A program made the position numbers and the translations under genes. A stretch of 64,000 nt of DNA from Eledone cirrhosa (taxonomy: Eukaryota). Shown here one piece after another: positions 16,820-31,159 of the stretch. The notes beneath the pieces were generated by a model, which was given only the letters and a program-made list of their open reading frames with translations, ran no database searches and had not been told where the DNA came from. The stretch lies in contig OZ024760.1 in the NCBI GenBank assembly GCA_964016885.1, forward strand, positions 24,986,001-25,050,000, written 5' to 3'. Positions within the stretch are counted from its first letter, which is position 1, and every line of letters starts with the position of its first letter.

Positions 16820-17684
16820 ATGTAAGTATGCATGTATACGTACATACATATATGTATACAGACGTACAGTAGCATGCACATATATATATATATATACATA
16901 TATACATACATATGCATACAGGTACACATACATATATGCACGTATCAGTTTAGCGGCATAAATTCAGGCTGTTCAGTTTGTTTACAAACGAACAAAGCGA
17001 CGTTATAATAAGCGTCGCTAAACTGATACGTGCATATATGTATGTGTACCTGTATGCATATGTATGTATATATGTATATATATATATATATGTGCATGCT
17101 ACTGTACGTCTGTATACATATATGTATGTACGTATACATGCATACTTACATTTAAGTAAGTGCCATACTAAGAGTGAGAAATGAAATTTCGTTTTCATTT
17201 TGTTTCAATTTATCGTTTTCGGTATGCCTGACCGATTTAACTCACTCAATATGCAAATTAGGCTGCTCAGCCGTTAATTTTCATAAGGAAAGTATATACT
17301 TTCGAACGTTCAACTATCTGGCAGATAGGTAAACGGTGCTGATGATAGCTAACAAGCTTGAAACTAGTACATCGTTCCTGTTTCAGTGTTGAACAAAAAG
17401 TGACGTGGTTGCCTTAACACCGTATGGCATAAATTCAGGCTGTTCAGTTTGTTTACAAACGAACAAAGCGACATTATAATAAGCGCCGCTAAACTGATAC
17501 GTGCATATATGTATGTGTACCTGTATGCATATGTATGTATATATGTATATATATATATATATGTGCATGCTACTGTACGTCTGTATACATATATGTATGT
17601 ACGTATACATGCATACTTACATTTAAGTAAGTGCCATACTAAGAGTGAGAAATGAAATTTCGTTTTCATTTTGTTTCAATTTAT
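16820..17684 (+). mobile_element. Non-coding retrozyme / non-autonomous Penelope-like element: 471-bp period, 1.55 tandem copies, inverted 5' arm
   Basis: 16955-17213 is repeated directly at 17426-17684. 16820-16957 is the reverse complement of ~17014-17151. A hammerhead lies at 17332-17376. Both ends abut TA tracts, and there is no credible ORF. Confidence 0.8.
17332..17376 (+). ncRNA. Type I hammerhead ribozyme (intact core, palindromic stem III)
   Basis: AACGGUG-CUGAUGA-U AGCU AACA AGCU U-GAAAC-UA-GUA|CAUCGUU: 7-bp stem I, 4-bp stem II, ACUAGU palindrome. Predicted cleavage after 17369. Confidence 0.85.
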
Positions 17685-17949
17685 ATATATATATATGCAT
17701 ATATATATATATATATACATATATGCATATATATATATATATGCATATATATGCATATATATATATACATATATATATATACATATATGCATATATATAT
17801 ATACATGCATATATATGCATATATATATATATACATATATGCATATATATATATACAACTACATATATATATATATATATGCATATATATATACATATAT
17901 ATGCATATATATATATATACATATATGCATATATATATATACACATATA

Positions 17950-20085
17950 TAACTTTGAATAACTTTGAAATGTTTTGGCCAGTATTGGCCCAGGCCATGT
18001 CTAACTTAAGAGCACCACCTGGCGAAGTCTTTCAATTCAGGATTTGGGCACCATGGCCCATTCGAGAAGAGAATTACTGTTTGCGGAGACATATCCGGGT
18101 GTGGGTGGTTTGTCCGGGATTACTTGGAGGAATTTGTCCAAAGACTTCTTGAATTTTGTGTGGTCAGTTTCTGTTTTGACGTGTCCTGGTGTGATGTTGA
18201 AGAGAGCAGGGCCGATTGAGGTGAAATAATTGTGCCGTATTGTTGTTATGAGTTGCGATTTAGATTTTTGAATGGGACGGATAGCACGGGGCCCAAGCCT
18301 TGGGTGTATCTTGAAGGCGATGCCAACATCATTTGGGCAGTGATGATGGAACATTTTCCACATCATGCAGATAATATAACGCTCACGGCGACGTTGGAGT
18401 GAGTAAAGTTTCAGGTTTTCTAATCGACCCCAGTAGTCAAGGTCTGACATGCCATCTATCTTTTTCGTGATTGCCTTTGAGGAGCTTCAAGTTTCATGAT
18501 ACTTTGTTTCGTGTGGGGAGACCACAGTGGACAACAGTATTCAAGGTGTGGTCGGGCGAAAGTAGAGAAGAGAAGGATAATGTTGCGGGAATCTCTCGAC
18601 TGGAAGGTTCTGAGGATCCAGGAACACATTCTGCGGGCCATGTCAACATTGCTGCTTATATGCGTGGTCCAGCTTATGTTGCTGTCCACGGTTACTCCCA
18701 AGTCTCTGATGTTGTTAGATGCCACGAGAGTTTCCCCGGAGGGAAGGGAGTACGGGAGTTTCAGAGCATCCTCTTTTCCAAAGTGGATCAGTTCGAATTT
18801 GTCTTCGTTCAGTAACATGTTCTTTTCTGCCCATTGGGTAACAGCCAGTAGGTCTGACTGAAGGCTTATCCGGTCATCCACGCCATTGATGACCTTTTGG
18901 AGCTTGGAATCATCAGCGAAAATTTTAATGTTGCTGTGTTTGATGATGTCAGTGATGTCATTAATATAGATGATGAAGAGAAGTGGGCCCAACACAGTGC
19001 CTTGTGGGACCCCACTACTGACTTTGGCTGGGCTTGATTTGACTCCCTCAACTACAACATGTTGGGTTCTGTTTGACAGGAAGCTCTTGATCCACTGCAG
19101 CAGCTTTCCAGTGACACCAATATTGGACAGCTTTCTCAGTAGAATGTTATGATCAACCCTGTCAAAGGCCTTGCTGAAATCAAGGTAGATAACATCAGTG
19201 TTGGAACCCTCTCCCAAGGCTCTCAAAATGTCATCAAAGTGATGCAGTAGCTGCGTCAGGCAATCCCTTCCATTACGGAATCCATGCTGGTTGGAGTTCA
19301 GCATATTGTTACTCTCAAGGAAGTGGGTCATTCGCGATCTCACCACTCGCTCAAATACCTTAATGATATGAGAGGTGAGTGAGATTGGACGGTAATTCAC
19401 GGAAAGGGATTTGTTTCCCTTTTTGAAAACTGGGACAACAGACTGGGATAGAAGGTTTTCTGGCACATATCCAGCATCCAGTGAGTTCTGCCACAGATTG
19501 GCAAGAGGAGATGCAAGTTGGTGTTGACACGCCTTCAAGACACAAGCAGGGAACCTATCGGGACCTACTGCTGAATTATGCTTGATTTCCTTTATTGCCG
19601 CCAAGACATCAGGGGCGCCAAACGTTATGTCCGATAAGGTGTAATGGGGAGTAACATCGCCGATACAGCCCAGATCGGCCATATCAGGATTGCTGAGAGC
19701 AGTATTGTTTCTGCAGTATCTCACCCATGGTTTTAGCATTGTCTTGAAGAGTGCCATTTTCATCAATTAGAGGGCCAACAGTAGAGCCAGTGATTTTGTG
19801 TTTTTTTGCAAATGAAAAGAACACTTTGGGATTGAGTTTGATCTTCTCAATGGCCCAGGCCTCTTCAGCTCTTCTCTGATTGTTGATGAGGGACATTATG
19901 TTGTTTTGGAGGTTATGTTTTTTAATCTCTAGTGATGAAATGGCAGTCAAGTTGATGTGTTGCTGCTGACAGTATTTCAGCTTGTTGATTTTTTTGTTCG
20001 TTCTCTTAATTTTTCTGATGAGCGTTTTTCTATTTCTAGGGATTCTGCTCTTAGATTTGTTTATAGTTCTTAATGGGGTGTGTTA
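17950..20085 (-). mobile_element. CR1/Jockey-group LINE, 5'-truncated ORF2 (reverse transcriptase) with two frameshifts
   Basis: Motifs YRPISLTSHIIKVFER, QHGFR, YLDFSKAFDRVDH, GVPQGTVLGPLLFIIYIND, FADDSK, RDLGV, RPHLEYCCPLWSP, LYSLQRRRER. Frame jumps near 19700 and 18470. Tail with a repeated (aactttgaat) unit on the + strand at ~17950. Confidence 0.95.
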
Positions 20086-21280
<1,195 letters not shown>

Positions 21281-21348
21281 GTCATTTTTAGACAAAAAAC
21301 GGTGAGATGATAATTGCATAAGATAATTATAGGATGAACTTAGCTTAC

Positions 21349-21421
21349 GAGTATCGGGTGCGAAAGGGGTGGGTGGGTTCTGGTGTAATGGACATTTCTT
21401 GAACGGAGAATCAAAAACACT
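21349..21421 (-). other. Candidate internal exon (73 nt) of unidentified host gene
   Basis: Minus strand ttttacaatcttgttgtctatcag|AGTGTT...ATACTC|gtaagc. Two frames are open ([24 protein letters not shown] or [24 protein letters not shown]). Confidence 0.35.
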
Positions 21422-21541
21422 CTGATAGACAACAAGATTGTAAAAGGTGCATATTTCAATCATTATCTTAAGATGCTTCGCTACCGAAAGAACAAAAAAT
21501 TATTAGTTGTTGTAGTAGTAGTATTAGTAGCAGTAATGATA

Positions 21542-22760
21542 ATAATTGTTTCTACTTTAGGCACAAGGCCAGCAATTGCCCAGTGTATTACTGGTACTTT
21601 ATTTTATCGACCCCCGTAAGGATGAAAGGCAAAGTCAACCTCGGCGGGATTTGAACTCAGATCGCAAAGGGACGTAACTATGCTGGAAAGCATGGCGTCC
21701 GACCCTCTACCGATACTGCCAATCCACCGCAGTAATAATAATAATTGTTTCTACTTTAGGCACAAGGCCAGCAATCATCCCAGTGTATTACTGGTACTTT
21801 ATTTTATCGACCCCGTAAGGATGAAAGGCAAAGTTAACCTCGGTGGGATTTGCACTCAGAATGGCAAGGGCCGTAACTCTATGCGTCAAAGCATGGCGTC
21901 CGACCCTCTACCGATACTGCCAATCCACCGCTCTTAGCAGTAATAATAATAATTGTTTCTAGTATAGGTACAAGGCCAGCAATTTAGGGGCAGGGGAAGT
22001 CGTTTAAATCGACCCCAGTACGTTACTTGTGTATTATTTTATCGCCGCCCGTAAGGATGAAAGATAAATTTAACCGCGGCGGGATTGGAACTCATGTCGT
22101 AAAGGGCCATAACCCTATGCTATAAAGCATTTAGTCCGACGCTCTAACAACACTACTAATTCACCGCCCTATAATAAAATTGATAATAAAAATTGTTTCT
22201 ACTTTTGGCACAAGGCCAATAATTATCACAGTACATTACTGGTACTTTATTTTATCGACCCCGTAAGGATGAAAGGCAAAGTTAACTTCGGCGGGATTTG
22301 AATTCAGAATGGCAAGGGCCATAACTCTATGCTACATAGCATGGTGTCCGACCCTCTACCGATAATGTCAATCCACCTAATGATAATTGTTTCTATTTTT
22401 GACACAAGGCCAGCAATTATCCCAAGTACATTACTGGTACTTTATTTTATCGACACTGTAAGGATAAAAGGCAAAGTTAAGATTGGTGGGATTTTATTAC
22501 TCAGATTATAAAGGGCCGTAACACTATGCTGCAAACTATGGCGTCAGATCCTCTACTGATACTACAAAACCCGCATTCACAAGGGCAGTAATTTTGGAGA
22601 GGGTAATGTGGATTAAATCGAGCTCTGTGCTTGACAGGTACTTTATTTTATAGACCTAGTAAGGATAAAAGACGAAGTTAACCTCGGCGGGATTTGAACT
22701 CAGACTGTAAAGGGCCGTAAGTCTATGCTGCAAAGCATGGTGTCTGCCCCTCTACCAACC
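21542..22760 (-). mobile_element. Head-to-tail array of six tRNA-derived SINE copies
   Basis: Repeated aattgtttc...ggtactttattttatcgacccc...ggatttgaactc...ccgaccctctaccg units start near 21542, 21742, 21950, 22190, 22384 and 22580. Confidence 0.92.
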
Positions 22761-22794
22761 TTTGATAATAATAATATTAATGATAATAATAATT

Positions 22795-23230
22795 ATAATT
22801 GACATGATTATCCCATCCGATTATCACATCTTCTCGAAAGGGTTCGGAAAGCTCAGTAAGTATAAAGATATTTTAATTGAAATTGAGAAAATGTGGTATC
22901 TTAAGTCTTATACAATACCAGTGATAGTTGGTGCACTCGGAATGATAAAAAAGGGAAGTGAAACATATTTTGACGAGATACCTGGTAAGCCATCTTTGCA
23001 AAAGATACAGAAGATAGTGCTGACTGGTATTGCCCATGTCCTGAGATGGGTATTATCAGTTTAAAACCCTCGCAAAGACATATACTGTTGTTGTTTGTGC
23101 CTTTGAGGCATCATTTGTGTGACAATTGATTGTAAAATGTGTGTATTATCAAATACGTTCTCATGTGTTAGGTTGACACTTGGTATGATTTGGAAAGAAG
23201 CAGAACTGAAAGAAAGTTTCAAATAATAAT
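22795..23230 (+). mobile_element. R4/Dong-clade non-LTR retrotransposon 3' fragment (restriction-like endonuclease end)
   Basis: IDMIIPSD...KLSKYKDILIEIEKMW...TIPVIVGALGMIKK...IQKIVLTGIAHVLR* matches the RLE C-terminus. Flanked by (TAA)n-like sequence, the known Dong target. Confidence 0.85.
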
Positions 23231-23300
23231 GGTTTCGGAGTTAGGCAGAGGTTCAGCAATTTTGGGAGAAGGGTAAAGTCGATTATCTATCTCAACCGCC

Positions 23301-23387
<87 letters not shown>

Positions 23388-23390
23388 TTG

Positions 23391-23606
23391 AAGGCGCATG
23401 GCTGAGTGGTTAGATAATTGGATTCGCAATCGTGAGGTTGTGAGTTCAATTCCCGAACTGGGAGATGCGTTACGCCCTTGACACTTCATTTCACGTTGTT
23501 TCTTCTACGTTGAGTTGCGACCGATAGAAAGTATTAGCAATTAGAAAGACCGATGGAAACATTGTTTCCTCGGTCCGATTTGACGAAAGTCGATCGACTG
23601 TCGATA
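23391..23606 (+). mobile_element. CORE-type tRNA-derived SINE
   Basis: tggctgagtgg A box, gagttcaattcc B box; same body and tail as the 4277 copy. Confidence 0.8.
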
Positions 23607-23679
23607 TATATATATGAAAATAGTCAGGACACCGACGGCTGAGCTCCGGACGTTTTGAGTAAAAGAAAACGACAAAATT

Positions 23680-24812
23680 AACAAGAACAACAACAGTAAC
23701 ATCATAAATAACAACAGTCACAACAACAGAAGGTCATAAATAACAACAACCACAGCAACAGGAGGTCATGAATAACAACAACTACAACAACAGTAACATC
23801 ATACATAACAACAACCACAACAACAGGAGGTCATAACTAACAACAACCACAACAACAGGAGGTCATAAATAACAACAACTACAACAACAGTGAGGTCATA
23901 AATAACAACAACCACAACAACAGGACGTCATAGATAACAACAACCACAACAACAGTGAGGTCATAAATAACAACAACCACAACAACAGGACGTCATAAAT
24001 AACAACAACCACAACAACAGTGAAATCATAAATAACAACAACCACAACAACAGGTCATAAATAACAACAACCACAGCAACAGGAGGTCATGAATAACAAC
24101 AACTACAACAGTAACATCATACATAACAACAACCACAACAACAGTGAGGTCATAAATAACAACAACTACAACAACAGTCAGGTCATAAATAACAACAACC
24201 ACAACAACAGGAGGTCATAAATAACAACAACCACAACAACAGTAACATCATACATAACAACAACCACAACAACATTAGGTCATAAATAACAACAACAACA
24301 ACAACAGTGAGGTCATAAATAACAACAACCACAACAACAGGAGGTCATAAATAACAATAACCACAACAACAGTGAGGTCATAAATAACAACAACTACAAC
24401 AACAGTCAGGTCATAAATAACAACAACCACAACAACAGGAGGTCATAAATAACAACAACCACAACAACAGTAACATCATACATAACAACAACCTCAACAA
24501 CAGTCAGGTCATAAATAACAACAACCACAACAGTGAAATCATAAATAACAACAACCACAACAACAGGTCATAAATAACAACAACCACAACAACATGTCAT
24601 AATTAACAACAACCACAACAACAGGTCATAAATAACAACAACCACAATAACAGGTCATACATAACAGCAATCACAACAACAGTCAGGTCATAAATAACAA
24701 CAACCTCAACAACAGTCAGGTCATAAATAACAACAACTACAACAACAGGAGGTCATAAATAACAACCTCAACAAGAGTCATGTCATAAATAACAACTACA
24801 ATAACATCAACA
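23680..24812. repeat. ~28-32-bp minisatellite
   Basis: Unit ggtcataaataacaacaaccacaacaacag(ga/tga/tca), about 35 copies. Confidence 0.95.
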
Positions 24813-24855
24813 ATAGCTAAGACAGTGACAACGATGTTAGATATATATTATTATG

Positions 24856-25042
24856 GTGGATTGGCAGTATCGGTAGAGGGTCGGACGCCATGCTTTGACG
24901 CATAGAGTTACGACCCTTGCCATTCTGAGTTCAAATCCCGCCGAGGTTGACTTTGCCTTTCGTCCTTACGGGGGTCGATAAAATAAAGTACCAGTAATGC
25001 ACTGGGTACTTGCTGGCCTTGTGCCTAAAGTAGAAACAATTA
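24856..25042 (+). mobile_element. tRNA-derived SINE, full length
   Basis: ggtggattggcagtatcggtagagggtcggac...gagttcaaatcccgccgagg...gtagaaacaatt. Confidence 0.92.
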
Positions 25043-25264
25043 TATCTTCCACACGATTAGATTTTCTATTGAGTAACTAAGAGAGAGTGATGTCTAAGAT
25101 ATCAATTTCCCATCTACAAGATTTTATAGAACAATCAATAAACGTAGATCAATGATTATTGTAAATCGATAAGCTTGTGTCAATTATTTACTCATTATTG
25201 TAAATTATAATGTTGTTTGAAAATGCACGATCGATTTCAATAGAAATCAGTTTTCGATGAACAC

Positions 25265-25812
25265 GTTATTGTGGTGTTGTTGTTGTTGTTGTTGTTGTTG
25301 GGTTGCTGTTGTTGTTTTTGTTGTGGTGGTGGTGATGGTGTTTTTGTTGTGATGCTGTCGTTATGTGTTGTTATTGTTGTTGTTGGTGTGGTGTTGTTGT
25401 GGTGATGCTGGTGTTGTTGTGTTGTTATTGTTGTTGTTGTGGTGGTGATGTAGTGATGGTGTTGTTGCTGTGATGATGTTGTGTTGTTGTTGCTGTTGTT
25501 GTTGTGATGTTGTTGTTGTTTTTGTAATGATGTTGTTACTGTGATGATATTGTTGTGATGTTGTTGTGATGATGATGTTTGAAGTTGTTGTTGTAATGAT
25601 GTTGTTGCTGTGATGATCTAGTTGTTATTGTAATGTCGTTGTTGTCGTTGTTATTTTGTTGTTCTTGTGATGATATTGTTATGATGTTGTTGTGATGATG
25701 ATGTTGTGAATTTGTTGTTGTAATGAGGTTGTTCTTATGATGATGATGTTGTGATGTTAATGTTGTTTTGATGATGTTATTGTTGTTGTGATATTGTGAT
25801 GTTGTTGCTGTT
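25265..25812. repeat. Degenerate (GTT/GAT)n low-complexity tract
   Basis: Trinucleotide-register GTT/GAT/GGT. Confidence 0.9.
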
Positions 25813-25915
25813 AATATTATAATTTTGTTAGTGTCACCCTCCTCTTCTTCTGCCTCATAATCATCAACATCATCCTCATTATTATTATTATTAATATTAT
25901 TTTTAATATTATTAA

Positions 25916-26130
25916 GGATGGTGGATTGGCAGAATCGGTAGAGCGTCGGACAATATGCTCAGTGGTATAGAGTAACGACCATTTACGTTCTGAGTTCAGA
26001 TCACGCCGATGTTAGCATTACTTTTCATCCTTATAGGGTTGGTAAAAAAAGTACCAATCACGCTCTGGGGTCGATTTAATCGACTTTTCCCTCCCCCAAA
26101 TTTCTGGCCTTGTGCCTATATAAGAAACCA
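25916..26130 (+). mobile_element. tRNA-derived SINE (longer-tail subfamily)
   Basis: ggtggattggcagaatcgg...gagttcagatc...tttcatccttatagggttgg...ggggtcgatttaatcgac...ggccttgtgcc. Confidence 0.85.
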
Positions 26131-27448
26131 TTTTTACTATTAATATATGTAGAGGGAAAAACTACTATTAGAAGCCTGCACTATATCTGTCATTAAGTTA
26201 CAATCCCATGTACCAAAACATGGCAACTGTTTCAACATTCTGTGCACGTATTTTCATTTCATATCTTACCTTTGAATAAGATCAGTCTGTGTTTGAATTA
26301 TTCAATCCTATCTGTTCGCTTATTAGTGTGAAAAAGATATGAGACTGCATATATCATACTTAAAACTATATGCTGTATGTTGTTTATCTTTGCCGAGAAT
26401 ATTATCTGGTTTTCCAAATGTAAATTGTAAAGTGTATGTAAGATCCATGAACAAAACAACATAAACTAATATAGGAATGTGTGCTTCTCTCCCAAGACAA
26501 TTGAAAGGAAGTGAAATGACGTTCTACTCATTCGAATGTTCCAGTCTTTCAGGATCACAAAACAACAGAACAACAGAACAACAAAGAAAAACGAAAAGTT
26601 AATTGTGAAATTATGAATAGCGAAATATTCAAACTCGCCAGGGAGAAAATGTTTTACGTATATATATATACATACACACAGACACACACATACACATATG
26701 TATATATATATATATGTGTATGTATATAGTCATTTTGTCTTGTTGATTCCATAATTGACATTGCCTATTGAACAGAATATACAGTCGAGGAATTTGTATC
26801 GAAGCTGCTTCAGTACAAGATAATAAAACTTAAATAGCAATAACAATGAATGTATTTTTATTGTGAAAATGGAAATTTATGAACATTTCGGGCATAAAAA
26901 CCTTTTTCCAGATGTTTTAATTCAAAATCACTTCCAGCAAGTTCTATACCTCATTTCTAAGCAGAATTTTAGGAAACTGATGGGAGCGCCATTGATGATA
27001 CAAGCAGTGCTGTTTTTAATGATTTATTTGGGGTGGTTGGTGGTGGTCGTGGTCGTGATAGCAAATATACATGTGATAATATAATTAATGAAATATTTTA
27101 ATAAATATGATGAGAATGTAATAAAAGCGCTGATAAAAGAACTGACGTTAATAAAATGCGGTATATGAGATGACATTAAAAAAAGCTACTAAAATGAAAT
27201 AAAATGAGATAGTAATAAACGCACCCATAAGAATAACAAACACGATGGAGAGCACACAAATGAGGCAAGGCACTTGTTAACCTTCAATTTAAAGAGATCA
27301 AGGTTGCCACAGGAAAAGATAGAAATAATGGTGAGCAAACATTATATACGGTCATTTTCAAAGTAAGGTTAGCAAGGACATGACGTGTAGCATCTTAATA
27401 AAATAAATGTCTTTTATCAAGCTTTTGTTGATAAAAGATGTGCAATGT

Positions 27449-28150
27449 ATCCGAACACGGAAGAGCCGAACTCCCACTGTTATCGCCTCCATCTCTCTCA
27501 CCCTCCACATCTCTCATGTACACCAGGTCCGAACACAGAAGAGCCGAACTCCCACTGTCATCACCTCCATCTCTCTCGCCCTCCACATCTCTCGCATGTA
27601 CACCAGGTCCGAACACAGAAGAGCCGAACTCCCACTGTTATCGCCTCCATCTCTATCGCCCTCCATCTCTCTCATGTACACCAGGTCCGAACACGGAAGA
27701 GCCGAACTCCCACTGTTATCGCCTCCATCTCTCTCGCCCTCCACATCTCTCATGTACACCAGGTCCGAACACGTAAGAGCCGAACTCCCACTGTTATCGC
27801 CTCCATCTCTCTCGCCCTCCACATCTCTCATGTACACCAGGTCCGAACACGGAAGAGCCGAACACCCACTGTCATCACCTCCATCTCTCCCGCCCCCCCC
27901 CCCCCCATCTCTCTCATTTACACAAGGTCCGAACACAGAAGAGCCAAACTCCCACCGTCATAGCCTCCATCTCTCTCGCCCTCCCCATCTCTCTCATGTA
28001 CACCAGGTCCGAACACGGAAGAGCCAAACTCCCACTGTCATCACCTCCATCTCTCTCGCCTTCCCCATCTCTCTCATGTACACCAGGTCCGAACACAGAA
28101 GAGCCAAACTCCCACAGTCATAGCCTCCATCTCTTTTGCCCTCCCCATCT
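27449..28150. repeat. ~78-80-bp GC-rich minisatellite (about 9 copies)
   Basis: Unit catgtacaccaggtccgaacac(g/a)gaagagccgaactcccactgttatcgcctccatctctctcgccctccacatctct. Confidence 0.95.
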
Positions 28151-28327
28151 GTCTGTATAGTGAGTAAATGGGGTCACACGGGGTGGCTGCCCCACAGCCC
28201 CGGTGGACAGAATGGAGAAGGCGTTTCACTGGAGGATGGTAAGGGACATGCGCTAGAAGAGCCATTCCATCTCGCGAGGCTCACACCTGCACTGGTCAGC
28301 AAAGCGCCTACGGTGGGAAGTAGGGAA

Positions 28328-28832
28328 GTAGCCCTAGTTTCAAGGACACCAGAAGTCTCCACTGCTAGAAGTAGAACTAGGGCCAAGGACACCAGAAGTT
28401 TCCACTGCTGGAGGTAGCCCTAAGGCCAAGGACACCAGAAGTCTCCACTGTTGGATATAGCCCTAGGGCCAAGGGCACCAGAAGTTTCCACTGCTGGAGG
28501 TAGCTCTAAGACCAAGGACACCAGAAGTCTCCACTGCTGGATGTAGCCCTAGGGCCAAGGACACCAGAAGTCTCCACTGCTAGAGGTAGAACCAGGGCCA
28601 AGGACACCAGAAGTCTCCACTGCTGGAGGTAGCCCTAAGGCCAAGGACACCAGAAGTCTCCACTGCTGGATGTAGCCCTAGAGCCAAGGACACCAGAAGT
28701 CTCCACTGCTAGAGGTAGAACCAGGGCCAAGGACACCAGAAGTCTCCACTGCTGGAGGTATCCCTAAGGCCAAGGACACCAGAAGTCTTCACTGCTGGAT
28801 GTAGCCCTAGGGCCAAGGACACCAGAAGTCTC
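28328..28832. repeat. ~43-44-bp minisatellite (about 12 copies)
   Basis: Unit ccaaggacaccagaagtctccactgctggaggtagccctaagg, with cyclic variants. Confidence 0.95.
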
Positions 28833-29249
28833 TGTTACGGATAGCCAACTCAGCGACTATAGTGGTGAGTGCGGAGGTAACTCTACTGCCAAGGACACCA
28901 GAAGTCGGCACTGCCAAGGGCACGGCCGCAAACCAATCGGAGAGCGACAGGTACTTGTGGGGAAATTAATGCAAGTTTTCAAATGGGTGGGAACCTGTAA
29001 ACAGGTGAGGACTTCCAGACAGAATGAGGATCTTCAGAAGAAGAAATCACATCAGGGATTTTTTCTGCCCTTGATTCTTCCTAAAACTCTATTTATGACG
29101 ACCCCACCAAGGTCACGCCTCCTAGTTGTTCCCCAGATGTTCCTTCGGTCGTTCCTGTGGTTTATAACACTCGGCCACAAATACTACTGTTAGTGCGTGT
29201 GCTGTTGTGTATGCGTGTGCGCGCGTGCGTGCGTGCGTGCGTGTGGGGG

Positions 29250-30128
29250 GTAGATAGATAGATAGATAGAGAGAGAGAGATAGCGAGTGATAGAAAGATA
29301 GATAGATATAGAGAGATAGATAGAATGAGATAGATAGAGAGCGAGATATAGATAGATAGATAGAATGAGAGAGAGAGAGAAAAAGAGAGAGAGAGAGAGA
29401 GAGAGGAAATTGTCGATATAGAAATATCACAGTCAGCATCAAATACAGAAAATGACAGATAGGAAACGAGTGAGAGAGAGAGGGGGAGCGGGAGAGAGAA
29501 GGGGAGTGGGAGAGAGGGGGTAGTGGGGAATAGAGGGGGTAGATAGATTGATAGAGATAGAGAGAGAGAGAGTATGAGAGCAAGAGTGAGTGTGAGACCC
29601 GCAAAATAATATATCGTAGTCTTGGAGATTAGAAAGACAATGAAAGAGAGGAATAGAGAAAAAGTGACAGAGAGAGGGAGGCGGAAGAGAGTGAGAGAGA
29701 GAGAAAGAGAGGGGGGATTGAGAGAGGGAGAGAGAGACAGAAAGAGAAGGGGGGAAGAGTGGTGGAGAGAGAGATATAGCTAGATAGAGATAGAGAGATA
29801 GAAAAAGAGTGAGGGTGAGATAGAGGGCGGGGGGAGAAAGAGTGGTGGAGAGAGAGAGGGAAAGAAATAGTGGTGGAGAGAGAGATAGAGAGACATGAAG
29901 AGAGTGAGGAAGAGAGAGAAAGGGAGCGGCAGAGAAAGAGTGGTGGAGAGAGAGAGTGTGTGATAGAGATAGAGAAAAAGGAAGAGAGTGAGGGAGAGAG
30001 AAAGGAAAGGGGAGAGAAAGAGTGGGGAAAGGGAGAGAGGATGGAGTAGAGAGAGAAAGAGTGTTGGAGAGAGAGAGACAGACAGAAATATAGTGAGGGA
30101 GAGAGGGGGGAGGGGGAGAGAGATAGAA
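29250..30128. repeat. GA/GATA-rich polypurine low-complexity tract
   Basis: (GA)n, (GATA)n and G/A-rich degenerate repeats. Confidence 0.9.
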
Positions 30129-30145
30129 TCGTAACTAAATTTTAA

Positions 30146-30527
30146 TAATTGTTTCTACTATTGGCACAAGGCCAGCAATAACTCAGTACATTACTGGTAC
30201 TTTATTTTATCGACCCCGTAAGTATGAAAGGCAAAGTTAACCTCGGCGGGATTTGAACTCAGTCCGTAAAGGGACGTAACTATGCTACAAAGCATGGCGT
30301 CCGACCCTCTACCGATACATACCAATCCACCAACCAAATAATTGTTTCTACTATTGGCACAAGGCCAGCAATAATCCAGTACATTACTGGTACTTTATTT
30401 TATCGACCCCGTAAGGATGAAAGGCAAAGTTAACCTCGGCGGGATTTGAACTCAGCATGGCAAGGGCCGTAACTCTATGCGTCAAAGCATGGCGTCCGAC
30501 CATCTCCCAAATACTGCCAATCCACCG
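30146..30527 (-). mobile_element. Two tandem tRNA-derived SINE copies inside one 18-bp direct repeat
   Basis: Copies at ~30146 and ~30340; taactaaattttaataat occurs at both 30132 and 30531. Confidence 0.92.
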
Positions 30528-30775
30528 ACCTAACTAAATTTTAATAATATAATGTTGCCATCATGCGGATTAGGCAAGGAAGAAACGGGTATTTGTAGAA
30601 CAAACAATGAGGGAAAGAGAAAGGGGGGTATTAGGAGAGAGAGTAGGTGGAGGGCGAGAGAGAGAGTGGGGAGATAGAGTGGGGGAGGGCGAGAAAGAGA
30701 GATAGTGTGAGAGATGGGAGTCGGAGGGAGAGAGCATGGGATGGAAATTGAGAGTGAGATAAAAAAGAAAAAGTG

Positions 30776-30939
30776 ATATATGTATATGTACACATATATA
30801 TATATATGTACATATATATATTATGTACATATATATATATATATATGTACATATATATATGTATATATATATACATATATACATATATATATATATACAT
30901 ATATACATATATATATATATATACATATGTATATATACA

Positions 30940-30991
<52 letters not shown>

Positions 30992-31028
30992 CACATACAT
31001 ATATATATACATATATATATATATATAC

Positions 31029-31081
<53 letters not shown>

Positions 31082-31108
31082 CACATATATATATATATAT
31101 ACACATAC

Positions 31109-31159
<51 letters not shown>

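Noticed and set aside
21542-23230. Dong/R4 element as the mobiliser of the adjacent SINE array
   Set aside because: No shared 3' sequence is visible, and the tails have opposite polarity (SINE sense ends in ATT repeats, Dong in AAT repeats).
26200-27100. Protein-like short frames and splice-like sites (e.g. EYTVEEFVSKLLQYKIIKLK on +, aag|gtaaga donor on -)
   Set aside because: No consistent acceptor-donor pair with an open frame; compatible with chance.
28328-28832. CRISPR-like regular repeats (also 23680-24812 and 62592-63421)
   Set aside because: The intervening sequences are near-identical rather than unique spacers, there are no cas genes, and the context is eukaryotic; these are minisatellites.
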